The position numbers and the translations under genes are program-made. Under the pieces are notes generated by a model. It saw only the letters and a program-made list of their open reading frames with translations. It did no database searches and was not told the origin of the DNA. Below, piece by piece: positions 1 through 9,471 of a stretch of DNA of 64,000 bases. The DNA comes from an uncultured delta proteobacterium (GTDB lineage Bacteria; Desulfobacterota; Binatia; Binatales; Binataceae): NCBI GenBank assembly GCA_963711565.1, contig CAVQEQ010000004.1:608001-672000 (forward strand), read 5' to 3'. Position 1 is the first letter of the stretch. Each line of letters begins with the position of its first letter.

Positions 1-128
1 AGGGCATCTACCAGCGCAGACCGGAATCCGAATGGCGAACCGCCGTCAACTAGGTTCTCTTGTCGCGGAGAATCGGGTGCCGATCGGAACGCAATAGGTA
101 AATTTGAACCCTTCTGCGAGAAGCGCAA

Positions 129-157
129 TTGACATCCGCATCTTTCCGTTCTAATAC
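129..157 (+). promoter_or_regulatory. Putative sigma70 promoter of DUF1329 copy 1
   Basis: TTGACA at 129-134, 17-bp spacer, TAATAC at 152-157; the same spacing recurs before copies 2 and 3. Confidence 0.6.
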
Positions 158-246
158 CAGACACCCGGCGTGAAAAGGTTCACGCCGGGCGGCTATTTAC
201 CCGGGCCAGAAGAGGGAAAAAAAAGTTCAGGGTTACGGAGGTTAGA

Positions 247-1560
247 ATGCAATTGGGGACTATGGGGATTCGCAAAACGTTAGTCGTCGGGGGCATCGCA
301 TTGCTGGCCCTCGCGGCCTCGAGCTTGCCAGGGGAGGCAGGCGTCAAGCCCGGCGACTTCATCACTCCGGACAACGCGGCGCAGGTGAAGGATATTGTTT
401 CACCGGGCGTTTACTACAAAGTGCAGCACGGGATGACGATGAAAATCGTGCCGACCGTGCGCGTCAACTGGCCGCCTCCTTACAAGGATGCGACCGAAAA
501 GTATTCTTCGCAGGTCGAGCTCTCGAAGGATCATCGCACCGTTGTCGGCTATGTTGCCGGACAGCCGTTCCCGCTCATCGACGCCAACGATCCTGACGTC
601 GCCACCAAAGTCATATGGAACAACGTGTTCCGCCCGATTCAGTCGGACGATTATGATCTCCGATATTTCGATTGCGACACCGTTTACACCGGCTACAACA
701 AGCCCTTCTTTGAAATCGCCTACGGACAGCTCGGCCATTACGCCGGCTACAACCTCGTGGGCCGCACCGAAGTCGAGCCACTGCCGATCGATCCCGATTT
801 CAAGACGACCAACCGCCTGTGGCTGTTCCTGCTGGGCCCCGAGCTCGCGCCCGAGGACTCCCGCGGCACCAGCCTGCTGCGCTATCGTTACGCCGAACCG
901 ACTCATGGCGATGATACGTGGACCTGGCAGACCGGCTCGCGGCGTCTGCGCCGTCTGAACGAGTCGATCAATTCCACCGCGACCGGCGCGCAGACCTTCG
1001 ACCCAGATCACTATTCGGGGTTCAATCCCAAGACCGAACAGTACAATTACAAGTTCCTGGGCGAGAAGGAGATGCTCGCGACTGTTGACGCCGAGCATTC
1101 GCCGGAGATCCGGTGCACCACCGATGGCGGCGCCAGTGCATGCCCGGAGCGATGGCAGATGCGCCACATGTATATTGTGACGGCGGAGCCGCGGCGCAAC
1201 GTCAACAACGCCGAAGCGCTCGATTCCAAGACGGTCATCTACATGGATTCCGAAGTGTGGTTCGAACCGTACATCGACACCTACGATCGTCGCGGCGAGC
1301 TGTTCCGTAACCACATCTACTGGCTCGCGTATCGCGATCGTCCAGTGCCTGACGCGAAAGTCGCCATCTATCCTTTCAAGCGCGAATTCGTCGTCGGCGC
1401 CTCCTCTCAGGACGTCCAGAGTGGCGAAGATACGATGTGCTACCTGCCGGGCCTCGAGACGCCCGAGCGCGAATGCTGGTACATCAACATGGGCGCGGTG
1501 GACAAAGCGTTCTTCACTACTGAGGCGATGGTAAAGATGTCCGAAGTCGGCCACATGTAA
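247..1560 (+). CDS. DUF1329-like exported protein (outer-membrane lipoprotein-sorting/LolA-like superfamily), copy 1
   Basis: Signal peptide; VKPGDFITPDN start, AGQPFP, VIWN, RRLRRL, YNYKFLGEK, D(R/K)GELFR and FTTEAM motifs typical of DUF1329; GGAGG RBS before ATG. Confidence 0.75.
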   Translation: MQLGTMGIRKTLVVGGIALLALAASSLPGEAGVKPGDFITPDNAAQVKDIVSPGVYYKVQHGMTMKIVPTVRVNWPPPYKDATEKYSSQVELSKDHRTVVGYVAGQPFPLIDANDPDVATKVIWNNVFRPIQSDDYDLRYFDCDTVYTGYNKPFFEIAYGQLGHYAGYNLVGRTEVEPLPIDPDFKTTNRLWLFLLGPELAPEDSRGTSLLRYRYAEPTHGDDTWTWQTGSRRLRRLNESINSTATGAQTFDPDHYSGFNPKTEQYNYKFLGEKEMLATVDAEHSPEIRCTTDGGASACPERWQMRHMYIVTAEPRRNVNNAEALDSKTVIYMDSEVWFEPYIDTYDRRGELFRNHIYWLAYRDRPVPDAKVAIYPFKREFVVGASSQDVQSGEDTMCYLPGLETPERECWYINMGAVDKAFFTTEAMVKMSEVGHM

Positions 1561-1604
1561 CACGCGGCCGCTGAGCGAGTCGCCTCGCGATTCGTAACGC
1601 AACC

Positions 1605-1645
1605 ACGCCGGCAGGAGCATCCACTCCTGCCGGCGTTTTCTTTTC
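1605..1645 (+). terminator. Intrinsic terminator, copy 1
   Basis: ACGCCGGCAGGAG-catcca-CTCCTGCCGGCGT stem followed by a T-rich tract. Confidence 0.85.
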
Positions 1646-1758
1646 CGTCACACCACCGGCGCCATTAGCGCGCGGCAATCTCGCCGCGGCGTCGCGAAGC
1701 TCCGGCTCTCTCGCTCCGATTGCGATCATTACCCTCCGCGCGATGCAAATCAGATTCA

Positions 1759-1787
1759 TTGACATCCGCATCTATGCGTCCTAATAC
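1759..1787 (+). promoter_or_regulatory. Putative sigma70 promoter of DUF1329 copy 2
   Basis: TTGACA-N17-TAATAC. Confidence 0.6.
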
Positions 1788-1870
1788 CTGACTACATGGG
1801 GTGAAAGATTCACTCCGAAAGGTGTTTGGCCGAGGTGGGGAAAAACTTTAAGGCTCTCATGGAGGTTCGA

Positions 1871-3193
1871 ATGCTTGGGACATTGGGGAATCGTATAAGA
1901 AGCGTGAGCGTCGGGAGCATCGCATTGTTGGCCTTCATGGCCATGAGCCTGCCGGGGCAGGCAGGCGTCAAGCCCGGCGACTTCATCACTCCGGACAACG
2001 GGGCGCAGGTGAGAGATCTCGTTTCACCGGGCGTTTACTACAAAGTGCAGCACGGGATGACGATGAAAATCGTGCCGACCGTGCGCGTCAACTGGCCGCC
2101 TCCTTACAAGGATGCGACCGAAAAGTATTCTTCGCAGGTCGAGCTCTCGAAGGATCATCGCACCGTCGTCGGCTATGTCGCCGGACAGCCGTTCCCGCTC
2201 ATCGACGCCAACGATCCTGACGTCGCCACCAAAGTCATATGGAACAACGTGTTCCGCCCGATTCAGTCGGACGATTATGATCTCCGATATTTCGATTGCG
2301 ACACCGTTTACACCGGCTACAACAAGCCCTTCTTTGAAATCGACTACCTACAGCTCGGTCACTACGCCGGTTACGACCTCGTCGGCCGCACCGAAGTAGA
2401 GCCGCTGCCGACCGATCCGGACTTTAAGCACACCAACCGCCTGTGGCTGTTCCTGCTTGGTCCCGAGCTCGCGCCCCAGGACGCCCGCGGCACCAGCCTG
2501 CTGCGCTATCGCTACGCCGATCCCGGTCATGGCGACGATACCTGGACCTGGGAGACCGGCTCGCGGCGCCTGCGCCGTCTGAACGAGGCAATCAACTCGA
2601 GCGCGACCGGCGCGCAGACCTGGGATCCCGATCACTATTCGGGGTTCAATCCCAAGACCGAACAGTACAACTACAAGTTCCTCGGCGAGAAGGAGATGCT
2701 CGCGACGGTTGACGCCGAGCATTCGCCTGAAATGCGATGCGCCACCGACGGCGGCGCCAGCGCCTGCCCTGAGCGATGGCAGATGCGCCACATGTATATC
2801 GTGACTGCGGAGCCGCGACGCATTATGGGCGGTGAGGGTGCCTCGGCCGCCATCGATTCCAAGACGGTCATCTACATGGATTCTGAAATGTGGTTCGAGC
2901 CGTACATCGATACCTACGATCGCAAAGGTGAGCTGTTCCGCAACCACATCTACTGGCTCGCGTATCGCGATCGCCCGGTGCCTGACGCGAAAGTCGCGAT
3001 CTATCCTTTCAAGCGCGAATTCGTCGTCGGCGCCGCTTCCACCGATCTGCAGAGCACCGAGGCCACCATGTGCTACCTGCCCGGCATCGAGACGCCTGAG
3101 CGCGAATGCTGGTACATCAACATGGGCGCGGTGGATAAAGCGTTCTTCACCACCGAGGCAATGGTGAAGATGTCGGAAACCGGCCACATGTAA
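1871..3193 (+). CDS. DUF1329-like exported protein, copy 2
   Basis: Close paralog of 247..1560; start set at ATG 1871 after GGAGGTTCGA, equivalent to copy 1. Confidence 0.75.
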   Translation: MLGTLGNRIRSVSVGSIALLAFMAMSLPGQAGVKPGDFITPDNGAQVRDLVSPGVYYKVQHGMTMKIVPTVRVNWPPPYKDATEKYSSQVELSKDHRTVVGYVAGQPFPLIDANDPDVATKVIWNNVFRPIQSDDYDLRYFDCDTVYTGYNKPFFEIDYLQLGHYAGYDLVGRTEVEPLPTDPDFKHTNRLWLFLLGPELAPQDARGTSLLRYRYADPGHGDDTWTWETGSRRLRRLNEAINSSATGAQTWDPDHYSGFNPKTEQYNYKFLGEKEMLATVDAEHSPEMRCATDGGASACPERWQMRHMYIVTAEPRRIMGGEGASAAIDSKTVIYMDSEMWFEPYIDTYDRKGELFRNHIYWLAYRDRPVPDAKVAIYPFKREFVVGAASTDLQSTEATMCYLPGIETPERECWYINMGAVDKAFFTTEAMVKMSETGHM

Positions 3194-3237
3194 CACGCGG
3201 CCGCAGAGCGAGTCGCCTCGCGATTCGTAACGGAACC

Positions 3238-3280
3238 ACGCCGGCAGGAGCATCCACCCCTGTCGGCGTTTTCTTTTCTT
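3238..3280 (+). terminator. Intrinsic terminator, copy 2
   Basis: Same hairpin with two substitutions (one G-U wobble, one mismatch) plus T tract. Confidence 0.8.
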
Positions 3281-3389
3281 TCGCGCAGTTCGCCGGTTCG
3301 CGCGTGGCGATCTCAGCCCCAGCATCGCGAGCTCGGCTTCATCGCCGCGATTGCGGACATTACCCTCCGCGCGATGCAAATTAGACTCA

Positions 3390-3418
3390 TTGACATTCAC
3401 ATCCAGCCGTCCTAATAC
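3390..3418 (+). promoter_or_regulatory. Putative sigma70 promoter of DUF1329 copy 3
   Basis: TTGACA-N17-TAATAC. Confidence 0.6.
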
Positions 3419-3502
3419 CTGACTATATGGGGCGAAAGATTCATTCCGTAGAGTGTTTGGCCGAGGTGGGGAAAAAACTTTAAGGCTCTCATGGAGGTTC
3501 GA

Positions 3503-4825
3503 ATGCTTGGGACATTGGGGAATCGTATAAGAAGCGTGAGCGTCGGGAGCATCGCATTGCTGGCCTTCATGGCCATGAGCCTGCCTGGGGAGGCAGGCGT
3601 CAAGCCCGGCGACTTCATCACTCCGGACAACGGGGCGCAGGTGAGGGACCTCGTATCACCGGGCGTCTACTACAAAGTGCAGCACGGCATGACGATGAAG
3701 ATCGTCCCAACGCTGCGCGTGGATTGGCCGCCTCCCTACAAGGACGCCACCGAAAAATATTCTTCGCAGGTTGAGCTCTCGAAGGATCGTCGCACCGTCG
3801 TTGGCTATGTCGCCGGACAGCCGTTCCCCCTCATCGACGCGAACGATCCTGACGTCGCCACCAAGGTCGTGTGGAACAACGTGTTCCGCCCGATTCAGTC
3901 CGACGACTATGATCTCCGATATTTCGATTGCGACACCGTTTATACCGGCTACAACAAGCCCTTCTTTGAAATCGCCTACGGACAGCTTGGTCACTACGCC
4001 GGGTATGACCTCGTTGGCCGGACCGAAGTCGAGCCGCTGCCGACCGATCCCGATTTCAAGACGACCAACCGCCTGTGGCTGTTCCTGCTCGGTCCCGAGC
4101 TCGCGCCCGAGGACTCTCGCGGCACCAGCCTGCTGCGCTATCGTTACGCCGATCCGGCGCATGGCGACGATACGTGGACCTGGACGACCGGCGCGCGGCG
4201 TCTGCGCCGTCTGAACGAGGCAATCAACTCGAGCGCGACCGGCGCGCAGACTTGGGATCCCGATCACTATTCGGGCTTCAATCCCAAGACCGAACAGTAC
4301 AACTATAAGTTCTTGGGCGAGAAGGAGATGCTCGCGACGGTTGACGCCGAGCATTCACCTGAAATGCGATGCGCGACCGACGGCGGCGCCAGCGCCTGCC
4401 CGGAGCGATGGCAGATGCGCCATATGTATATCGTGACCGCCGAGCCGCGCCGCATTATGGGCGGTGAGGGTGCCGCGTCGGTGCTCGATTCCAAGACGGT
4501 CATCTACATGGATTCTGAAATGTGGTTCGAGCCGTATATCGATACCTACGATCGCAAAGGCGAGCTGTTCCGCAACCACATCTACTGGCTCGCATATCGC
4601 GATCGTCCGGTTCCTGACGCGAAAGTCGCCATCTATCCTTTCAAGCGCGAATTCGTCGTCGGCGCCGCTTCCACCGATGTGCAGAGCACCGAGGCCACCA
4701 TGTGCTACCTGCCCGGCATTGAGACGCCTGAGCGCGAATGCTGGTACATCAACATGGGCGCGGTGGATAAAGCGTTCTTCACCACCGAGGCGATGGTGAA
4801 GATGTCCGAAACTGGTCACATGTAA
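3503..4825 (+). CDS. DUF1329-like exported protein, copy 3
   Basis: Close paralog of copies 1 and 2; ATG 3503 after GGAGGTTCGA. Confidence 0.75.
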   Translation: MLGTLGNRIRSVSVGSIALLAFMAMSLPGEAGVKPGDFITPDNGAQVRDLVSPGVYYKVQHGMTMKIVPTLRVDWPPPYKDATEKYSSQVELSKDRRTVVGYVAGQPFPLIDANDPDVATKVVWNNVFRPIQSDDYDLRYFDCDTVYTGYNKPFFEIAYGQLGHYAGYDLVGRTEVEPLPTDPDFKTTNRLWLFLLGPELAPEDSRGTSLLRYRYADPAHGDDTWTWTTGARRLRRLNEAINSSATGAQTWDPDHYSGFNPKTEQYNYKFLGEKEMLATVDAEHSPEMRCATDGGASACPERWQMRHMYIVTAEPRRIMGGEGAASVLDSKTVIYMDSEMWFEPYIDTYDRKGELFRNHIYWLAYRDRPVPDAKVAIYPFKREFVVGAASTDVQSTEATMCYLPGIETPERECWYINMGAVDKAFFTTEAMVKMSETGHM

Positions 4826-4844
4826 CTGACGATTCCGACCGAAC

Positions 4845-4887
4845 AAACGCCGGCAGGAGCATCCACTCCTGCCGGCGTTTTCTTTTC
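4845..4887 (+). terminator. Intrinsic terminator, copy 3
   Basis: AAACGCCGGCAGGAG-catcca-CTCCTGCCGGCGTTT plus T tract; lies between convergent genes. Confidence 0.85.
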
Positions 4888-4919
4888 CCTTGCGCGCGAA
4901 CGCCGCGATTCCCGCCGGC

Positions 4920-5438
4920 CTAGTGCAACAGCAGGTAAACGGCGCCGCCAATCAGCACCAGCACTCCCGGATTGACGTGGCGCCACAGCAGGATCCCGAA
5001 CACCACGACCGCGATCGCCAGTGTCTGCGGGTCAACGATCGAAAGCTTCGCGATCGCGTACGTTCCCGAGGTCATCAGGCCTATCGCCACCGGCGCCAGC
5101 CCGCGCTGAATCGACGTGCGCCACGGCCATCCGCCCAGGTGCACCCACCATCGATTGACGAACAGCGTGATGATGCAGTCGGGCAGAAAAAATCCGATTC
5201 CCACCACGATCATCCCGGCCCATCCCGCCAGCTGGTAACCGATCACGAGCACCATCAACATGTTCGGTCCCGGAGCGACTTGTCCGAGGCTGTAGATGTT
5301 GCGGAACTGCGCGTCGCTCAGCCAGTGAAACGTATGGACCGTCATGTGCTGCATCTCGGGCAGCACCGCCGTGCCGCCGCCGACCGCCAGCACGCCCAGC
5401 AGCGAGAAGACCAGGAACAGGTGTATCAATCGTGTCAT
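4920..5438 (-). CDS. Short-chain chromate ion transporter (CHR family) subunit
   Basis: AVGGG, GQVAPGPN, GYQLAGWAG and FFLP motifs; hydrophobic, 172 aa. Confidence 0.85.
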   Translation of the reverse strand: MTRLIHLFLVFSLLGVLAVGGGTAVLPEMQHMTVHTFHWLSDAQFRNIYSLGQVAPGPNMLMVLVIGYQLAGWAGMIVVGIGFFLPDCIITLFVNRWWVHLGGWPWRTSIQRGLAPVAIGLMTSGTYAIAKLSIVDPQTLAIAVVVFGILLWRHVNPGVLVLIGGAVYLLLH

Positions 5439-5459
5439 GCGGCGTTGGATCTCAATTGG

Positions 5460-6131
5460 CTAATGACGAAACAGGTGATGCCGTGCGCCGCGATGGAACG
5501 GCAGATTCTCGTCCTCGGCGCGCGGTTTCGATATTTGCGGACGGTATAGCCACACCGAGATCGGCCCGATCCCGAGCAGCACCGCGAACAGCGGTACCTT
5601 GAGGAAGCTGACCGCGAGGAACGTCACTGCGATGATCGCGATATCCGGAAGCTGGCGAAATTGCCGCCGCCCGATTTGCAGCGTCACCGCCGACAGCAGT
5701 CCGACCGCCGCCGCCGCGATCCCCAGCAAGAATCGCTTGACCTCGGGATTACTATGATTCGATTGATACAGGATCCCCAGCACCATCACGACGATCGATC
5801 CCGGCAGCAACATCCCGACGACCGATACCGCCGCGCCCGCGATGCCGCGCAGGTTGTCGCCCATAATGATCGCCATGTTGACGGCGTTGAGCCCCGGCAG
5901 CGTCTCGCTGATCTCCATCGCGCCGAGAAAGCCCTCGTCGTCGAGCCAGCCTTCCTCGCGCACCAGGTACTCGCGCAGATACGCCACCGCGCCGCCGCCG
6001 AAGCTCAGCCCTCCCGCCAGCAGGAAGATCCTGAACAGCGTCAGCAAGCTCGGATGAAGATCGGGCTCACTCCTGGTGTTTGAGACTGGCGTTGCCGTAT
6101 CCGTAGATGAGGGCGGTTTTGGTTGTTCCAC
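5460..6131 (-). CDS. Short-chain chromate ion transporter (CHR family) partner subunit
   Basis: SFGGG, ETLPGLNAVN and MLLPG motifs; start uncertain (GTG overlaps the upstream gene by 65 bp). Confidence 0.85.
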   Translation of the reverse strand: MEQPKPPSSTDTATPVSNTRSEPDLHPSLLTLFRIFLLAGGLSFGGGAVAYLREYLVREEGWLDDEGFLGAMEISETLPGLNAVNMAIIMGDNLRGIAGAAVSVVGMLLPGSIVVMVLGILYQSNHSNPEVKRFLLGIAAAAVGLLSAVTLQIGRRQFRQLPDIAIIAVTFLAVSFLKVPLFAVLLGIGPISVWLYRPQISKPRAEDENLPFHRGARHHLFRH

Positions 6132-6951
6132 GCTGCACCCAGTCTGTGGCCCGCGATTGCAGGGCCGTGTAGAAAAATTCGGATTGCTCTCGCTGCTTGC
6201 GCCGCACCGCTTCAGGACTGTCGAACTTCAACTGGTATGCGAATTCCGCGACGATCGGCACATTCGTGTCGCGCACGCGCCATACCGCCAGGTTCGCCTT
6301 CACCTCGAGCTTGTGCCCGAAGTCCAGCATCCCGAGATCGACCAGGTATTCCTGGATCGTCACGCCATTGACCACGCTCAACGGCGCCTTCGGATTCGCA
6401 TCGATGTGCTTGAGCGCGGGAAACGCTTCGGCGGTCGTCTCGAAGCGCTGCGTCAATATGATGTTCGGCGTATCGAGCTCGCAGTTGTGCGAATACACCA
6501 GCCGCATCCCGAGCGCGCCGTCCTTCGGCAGGAGGATTTCCTCCTTGAACTTCAGCGTGTACTGGCACGGCAGGAGCGGCCGCGGATCCACCGCCAGCGC
6601 CACCTTCTTTTCCGGATGCCGGAATTTGATCACCAGCTCGTGCCGCGCGTCGGGCGCGCCATGATGATAGAAGGTGCGCTTCCTCAGGATGAAGCCGTGA
6701 TTGTAGAGTTTGAAATGCGGCGTGTCGTAAAATACCACTTCGCGCAGATGCGGCTTGATCGGTTCGTCCATCTTGCCGAGCTTGATGCCCAGCGACTTCG
6801 CCGCGTGATGCGCCAGTTTCCAGAATCTGTGAAACGCCTTTTCGTCGGGGAACAGGTCCGGCTTCAGCAGCAGCTTGTACTCGCGATACTGAATCTGGTC
6901 CGACGGTACGATCGGCTCGTAAAGTTTTGAACTTTCGGCGTGCGTGCTCAT
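6067..6951 (-). CDS. CYTH/triphosphate-tunnel-like protein
   Basis: N-terminal REYKLLL, FYDT..F.LY..GFILRKR, VAEFAY and terminal TKT motifs resemble the CYTH/VTC superfamily. Confidence 0.55.
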   Translation of the reverse strand: MSTHAESSKLYEPIVPSDQIQYREYKLLLKPDLFPDEKAFHRFWKLAHHAAKSLGIKLGKMDEPIKPHLREVVFYDTPHFKLYNHGFILRKRTFYHHGAPDARHELVIKFRHPEKKVALAVDPRPLLPCQYTLKFKEEILLPKDGALGMRLVYSHNCELDTPNIILTQRFETTAEAFPALKHIDANPKAPLSVVNGVTIQEYLVDLGMLDFGHKLEVKANLAVWRVRDTNVPIVAEFAYQLKFDSPEAVRRKQREQSEFFYTALQSRATDWVQRGTTKTALIYGYGNASLKHQE

Positions 6952-7086
6952 CCGCGATTCTTCATCCGTCCGTTGGGGTCAAATATTACTGATTTGCTGG
7001 CGAGTCCGAAACTGTTACTCAGTCATTCTGGAGAGGAAGCCCGGCGTAGCGAAACAGCCGCGGGGCCTGCCTGTCGGGAGTCAAAC

Positions 7087-8364
7087 ATGAGCATCGCAAC
7101 ACCGCTAGCCGAGCGCATCGCCGCCGCAATTCCGCGCGGCGTCAGCGTACCGATTCCAATCCTCGCCCATCACGCCTCGGGCGCGGAAATCTGGGACGCC
7201 GACGGTCGCCGTTACATCGACTTCGGCGGCGGCATCGCCGTACTCAACGTCGGCCATCGCCATCCGCACGTCATCGCCGCCGTGCAGGCCCAGCTCGAGG
7301 CCTTCACTCACACGTGCTTCGGCGTGACTCCTTACGAGCCCTACATCAAGCTCGCCGAGCGGATGAATCAGCTCGCGCCGATCTCCGCTCCGAAAAAATC
7401 CATCTTTCTAACCACCGGCGCCGAGGCGGTCGAGAACGCAGTCAAGATTGCGCGTCACGCGACTGGACGCTCCGCGATCATTTCGTTCACCGGCGGATTT
7501 CACGGACGCACGCTGATGGCGCTGGCACTCACTGGCAAAATAAATCCTTACAAAGCCGGCTTCGGGCCGTTTCCCGCCGACACGTTTCACGCGCCGTTCC
7601 CCGACGCATACCGCGGCGGCAGCACCGCGAAGAGCCTCGCCGCGATCGAGTCGCTCTTCAAGTCGTCAGTCGAACCGTCGCGCGTCGCCGCGATCATCAT
7701 CGAGCCCGTGCAAGGGGAGGGTGGCTTCAGCGTCGCGCCGTTCGACTTTCTCTGCGAACTCCGCGCGCTCTGCGATCGCCACGGCATCGTCTTCATCGCT
7801 GATGAGATTCAGACCGGCTTCGGCCGCACCGGCAGGATGTTCGCCGTCGAGCACGCTGGCGTCGAGCCCGATCTCATCACAATCGCCAAGAGCCTCGGCG
7901 GTGGATTCCCTCTGTCCGGTGTGATCGGCCGCGCCGCAATCATGGATAGCGTTGCACCCGGCGGTCTGGGCGGCACCTTCGCCGGCAGTCCCGTATCATG
8001 CGCCGCCGCGCTCGCCGTGCTCGACGTGTTCCGCGACGAGCACGTGCTCGCGCGCGCCGAAAAGCAGGGCGTGCTCGTGCGCGCGCGCCTCGAGGTGATG
8101 CGCGAGCGCTTCCCCCTCATCGGCGACGTTCGCGGCCTCGGTGCGATGCTCGCGATCGAGCTGGTCCGCGACCGCGCAACCAAAGAACCCGCGCCCGAAC
8201 CCGCCTCTCGACTGGCGAAGATCGCATCGGAGCGAGGACTGATCCTGCTGACCGCCGGAATTTACGGCAACGTCATCCGCATCCTTGCCCCTCTGACCGC
8301 GTCCCCCGAGCTGATGGACGAAGGCATGACAATTCTGGAGCAGTCCATCGCCGACCTGCCCTGA
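7087..8364 (+). CDS. gabT: 4-aminobutyrate aminotransferase (class III PLP)
   Basis: IDFGGGIAVLNVGH, TTGAEAVENAVKIAR, FHGRT, EPVQGEGG, ADEIQTGFGRTG and AKSLGGG; ATG 7087 preferred over 6940. Confidence 0.9.
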   Translation: MSIATPLAERIAAAIPRGVSVPIPILAHHASGAEIWDADGRRYIDFGGGIAVLNVGHRHPHVIAAVQAQLEAFTHTCFGVTPYEPYIKLAERMNQLAPISAPKKSIFLTTGAEAVENAVKIARHATGRSAIISFTGGFHGRTLMALALTGKINPYKAGFGPFPADTFHAPFPDAYRGGSTAKSLAAIESLFKSSVEPSRVAAIIIEPVQGEGGFSVAPFDFLCELRALCDRHGIVFIADEIQTGFGRTGRMFAVEHAGVEPDLITIAKSLGGGFPLSGVIGRAAIMDSVAPGGLGGTFAGSPVSCAAALAVLDVFRDEHVLARAEKQGVLVRARLEVMRERFPLIGDVRGLGAMLAIELVRDRATKEPAPEPASRLAKIASERGLILLTAGIYGNVIRILAPLTASPELMDEGMTILEQSIADLP

Positions 8365-8934
8365 CTAGACGAACTGCTCGATCGCGAACAGAGCGGCCAA
8401 CACTATCAGCATCGCACCGGCGGCGCGCTCTGCCCCGTGCTCGTAGCGTTCGCCAAGCCGCGCCCCGAATTCCAATCCAATGAAAGTGAAGATGCTGGTA
8501 GTGATCGACACGGTAATCAGCATTGGGATAAGTGGAATCCCGACTGCCGGTAGCGCGATCCCCACGCCGAGCGAATCGAGGCTGATCGATAGCGAAGTGA
8601 TCAACAAGCCGGCGCCGCGCGTGACGTCGAGTTCTGATTTGGCTTCGTGCCGGAACGAACTTCGAATCATCAGGCAGCCAATCGTTGCAAGCAATGCCAG
8701 TCCGATGTAAGTGGCGACCTCGCCCAACAGCCTTCCCGCGCCTGCGCCGAGTTCGTAGCCGACGACTTGCATCGCGATTTCCGCACCGGCGAAGGCGAAC
8801 CCCAGCCTGAGCCTCGCATCGAGCGCGAGCTGCATGACGCCGACTCCAACCGAGATCGCCAGCACGTCCAGCCCAACGGCGACGGCTACGCCGAGAATCT
8901 TGGACGTCAGAATAATGTCATGGGGAACCGACAA
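8365..8934 (-). CDS. mntP: Manganese efflux pump, MntP family
   Basis: Two repeats (GLDVLAIS, SISLDSLGVG), six TM-like segments, GGAGG before TTG, upstream yybP-ykoY riboswitch. Confidence 0.85.
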   Translation of the reverse strand: MSVPHDIILTSKILGVAVAVGLDVLAISVGVGVMQLALDARLRLGFAFAGAEIAMQVVGYELGAGAGRLLGEVATYIGLALLATIGCLMIRSSFRHEAKSELDVTRGAGLLITSLSISLDSLGVGIALPAVGIPLIPMLITVSITTSIFTFIGLEFGARLGERYEHGAERAAGAMLIVLAALFAIEQFV

Positions 8935-9109
8935 GCGAACCTCCTGCTTCTCCGGCCGACCGGAAGGTGCAACGGATGCCGAAGAAGCGATCCGGAAAAC
9001 AAAAGACAGCGATTACGCAACGACGGATTGTGGCGACTGGAGCTTGTGACATTCCCGGCCTCTTGCTGGCCGGGGGTCGGATTAACGAGCCTCGGCCAGG
9101 ATTAACTGG

Positions 9110-9221
9110 TCCGAAGGTCTCGTTCGCCTCTACTTTGAGGTGGGGGACCGAGCCCGAAGGCTGGGATTGTCGATCTTCCCTACGCCGTTTTTGTGGTCGG
9201 CGTGAACTACTCCCCTTTGGA
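9110..9221 (-). ncRNA. yybP-ykoY manganese riboswitch aptamer
   Basis: Minus strand reads UCCAAAGG-GGAGUA-GUUC / P2 ACGCCG..CGGCGU / P3 with ACAAU loop and AGCC-UUCG-GGCU / P4 CCUC..GAGG / GAAC-GAGA-CCUUCGGA: a four-way junction with the conserved GGGGAGUA..CGAGACC, upstream of mntP. Confidence 0.88.
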
Positions 9222-9471
9222 GTGCTTCCACTAAAGCGTGTCTAGAGAGTTTCTGTCAATCGTGCCGAACAAAACTGGTACCGTCTTGATTCGGGGCTGA
9301 GCGCCTGAATGGGAGGTCGAGATTGTCTTCATTTAGGTGATTAAATTAACTCAGCTATTTGGCTAAACGGATCGTTATTCGTAATACATCGGCACCAGCC
9401 AAATTAAACAGCCAGCCGCAGTGGGAATTACCCACATTGACACAGCTCCCCCGTGGGAAGATTATTTATCT

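Noticed and set aside
3-53. Possible 3' end of an upstream CDS (GIYQRRPESEWRTAVN*)
   Set aside because: Too short to support or identify.
247-4825. Diversity-generating retroelement or CRISPR-like explanation for the triple repeat
   Set aside because: The repeats are whole genes, differences are not adenine-specific, and there is no reverse transcriptase or cas gene. No CRISPR array was seen anywhere in the window.
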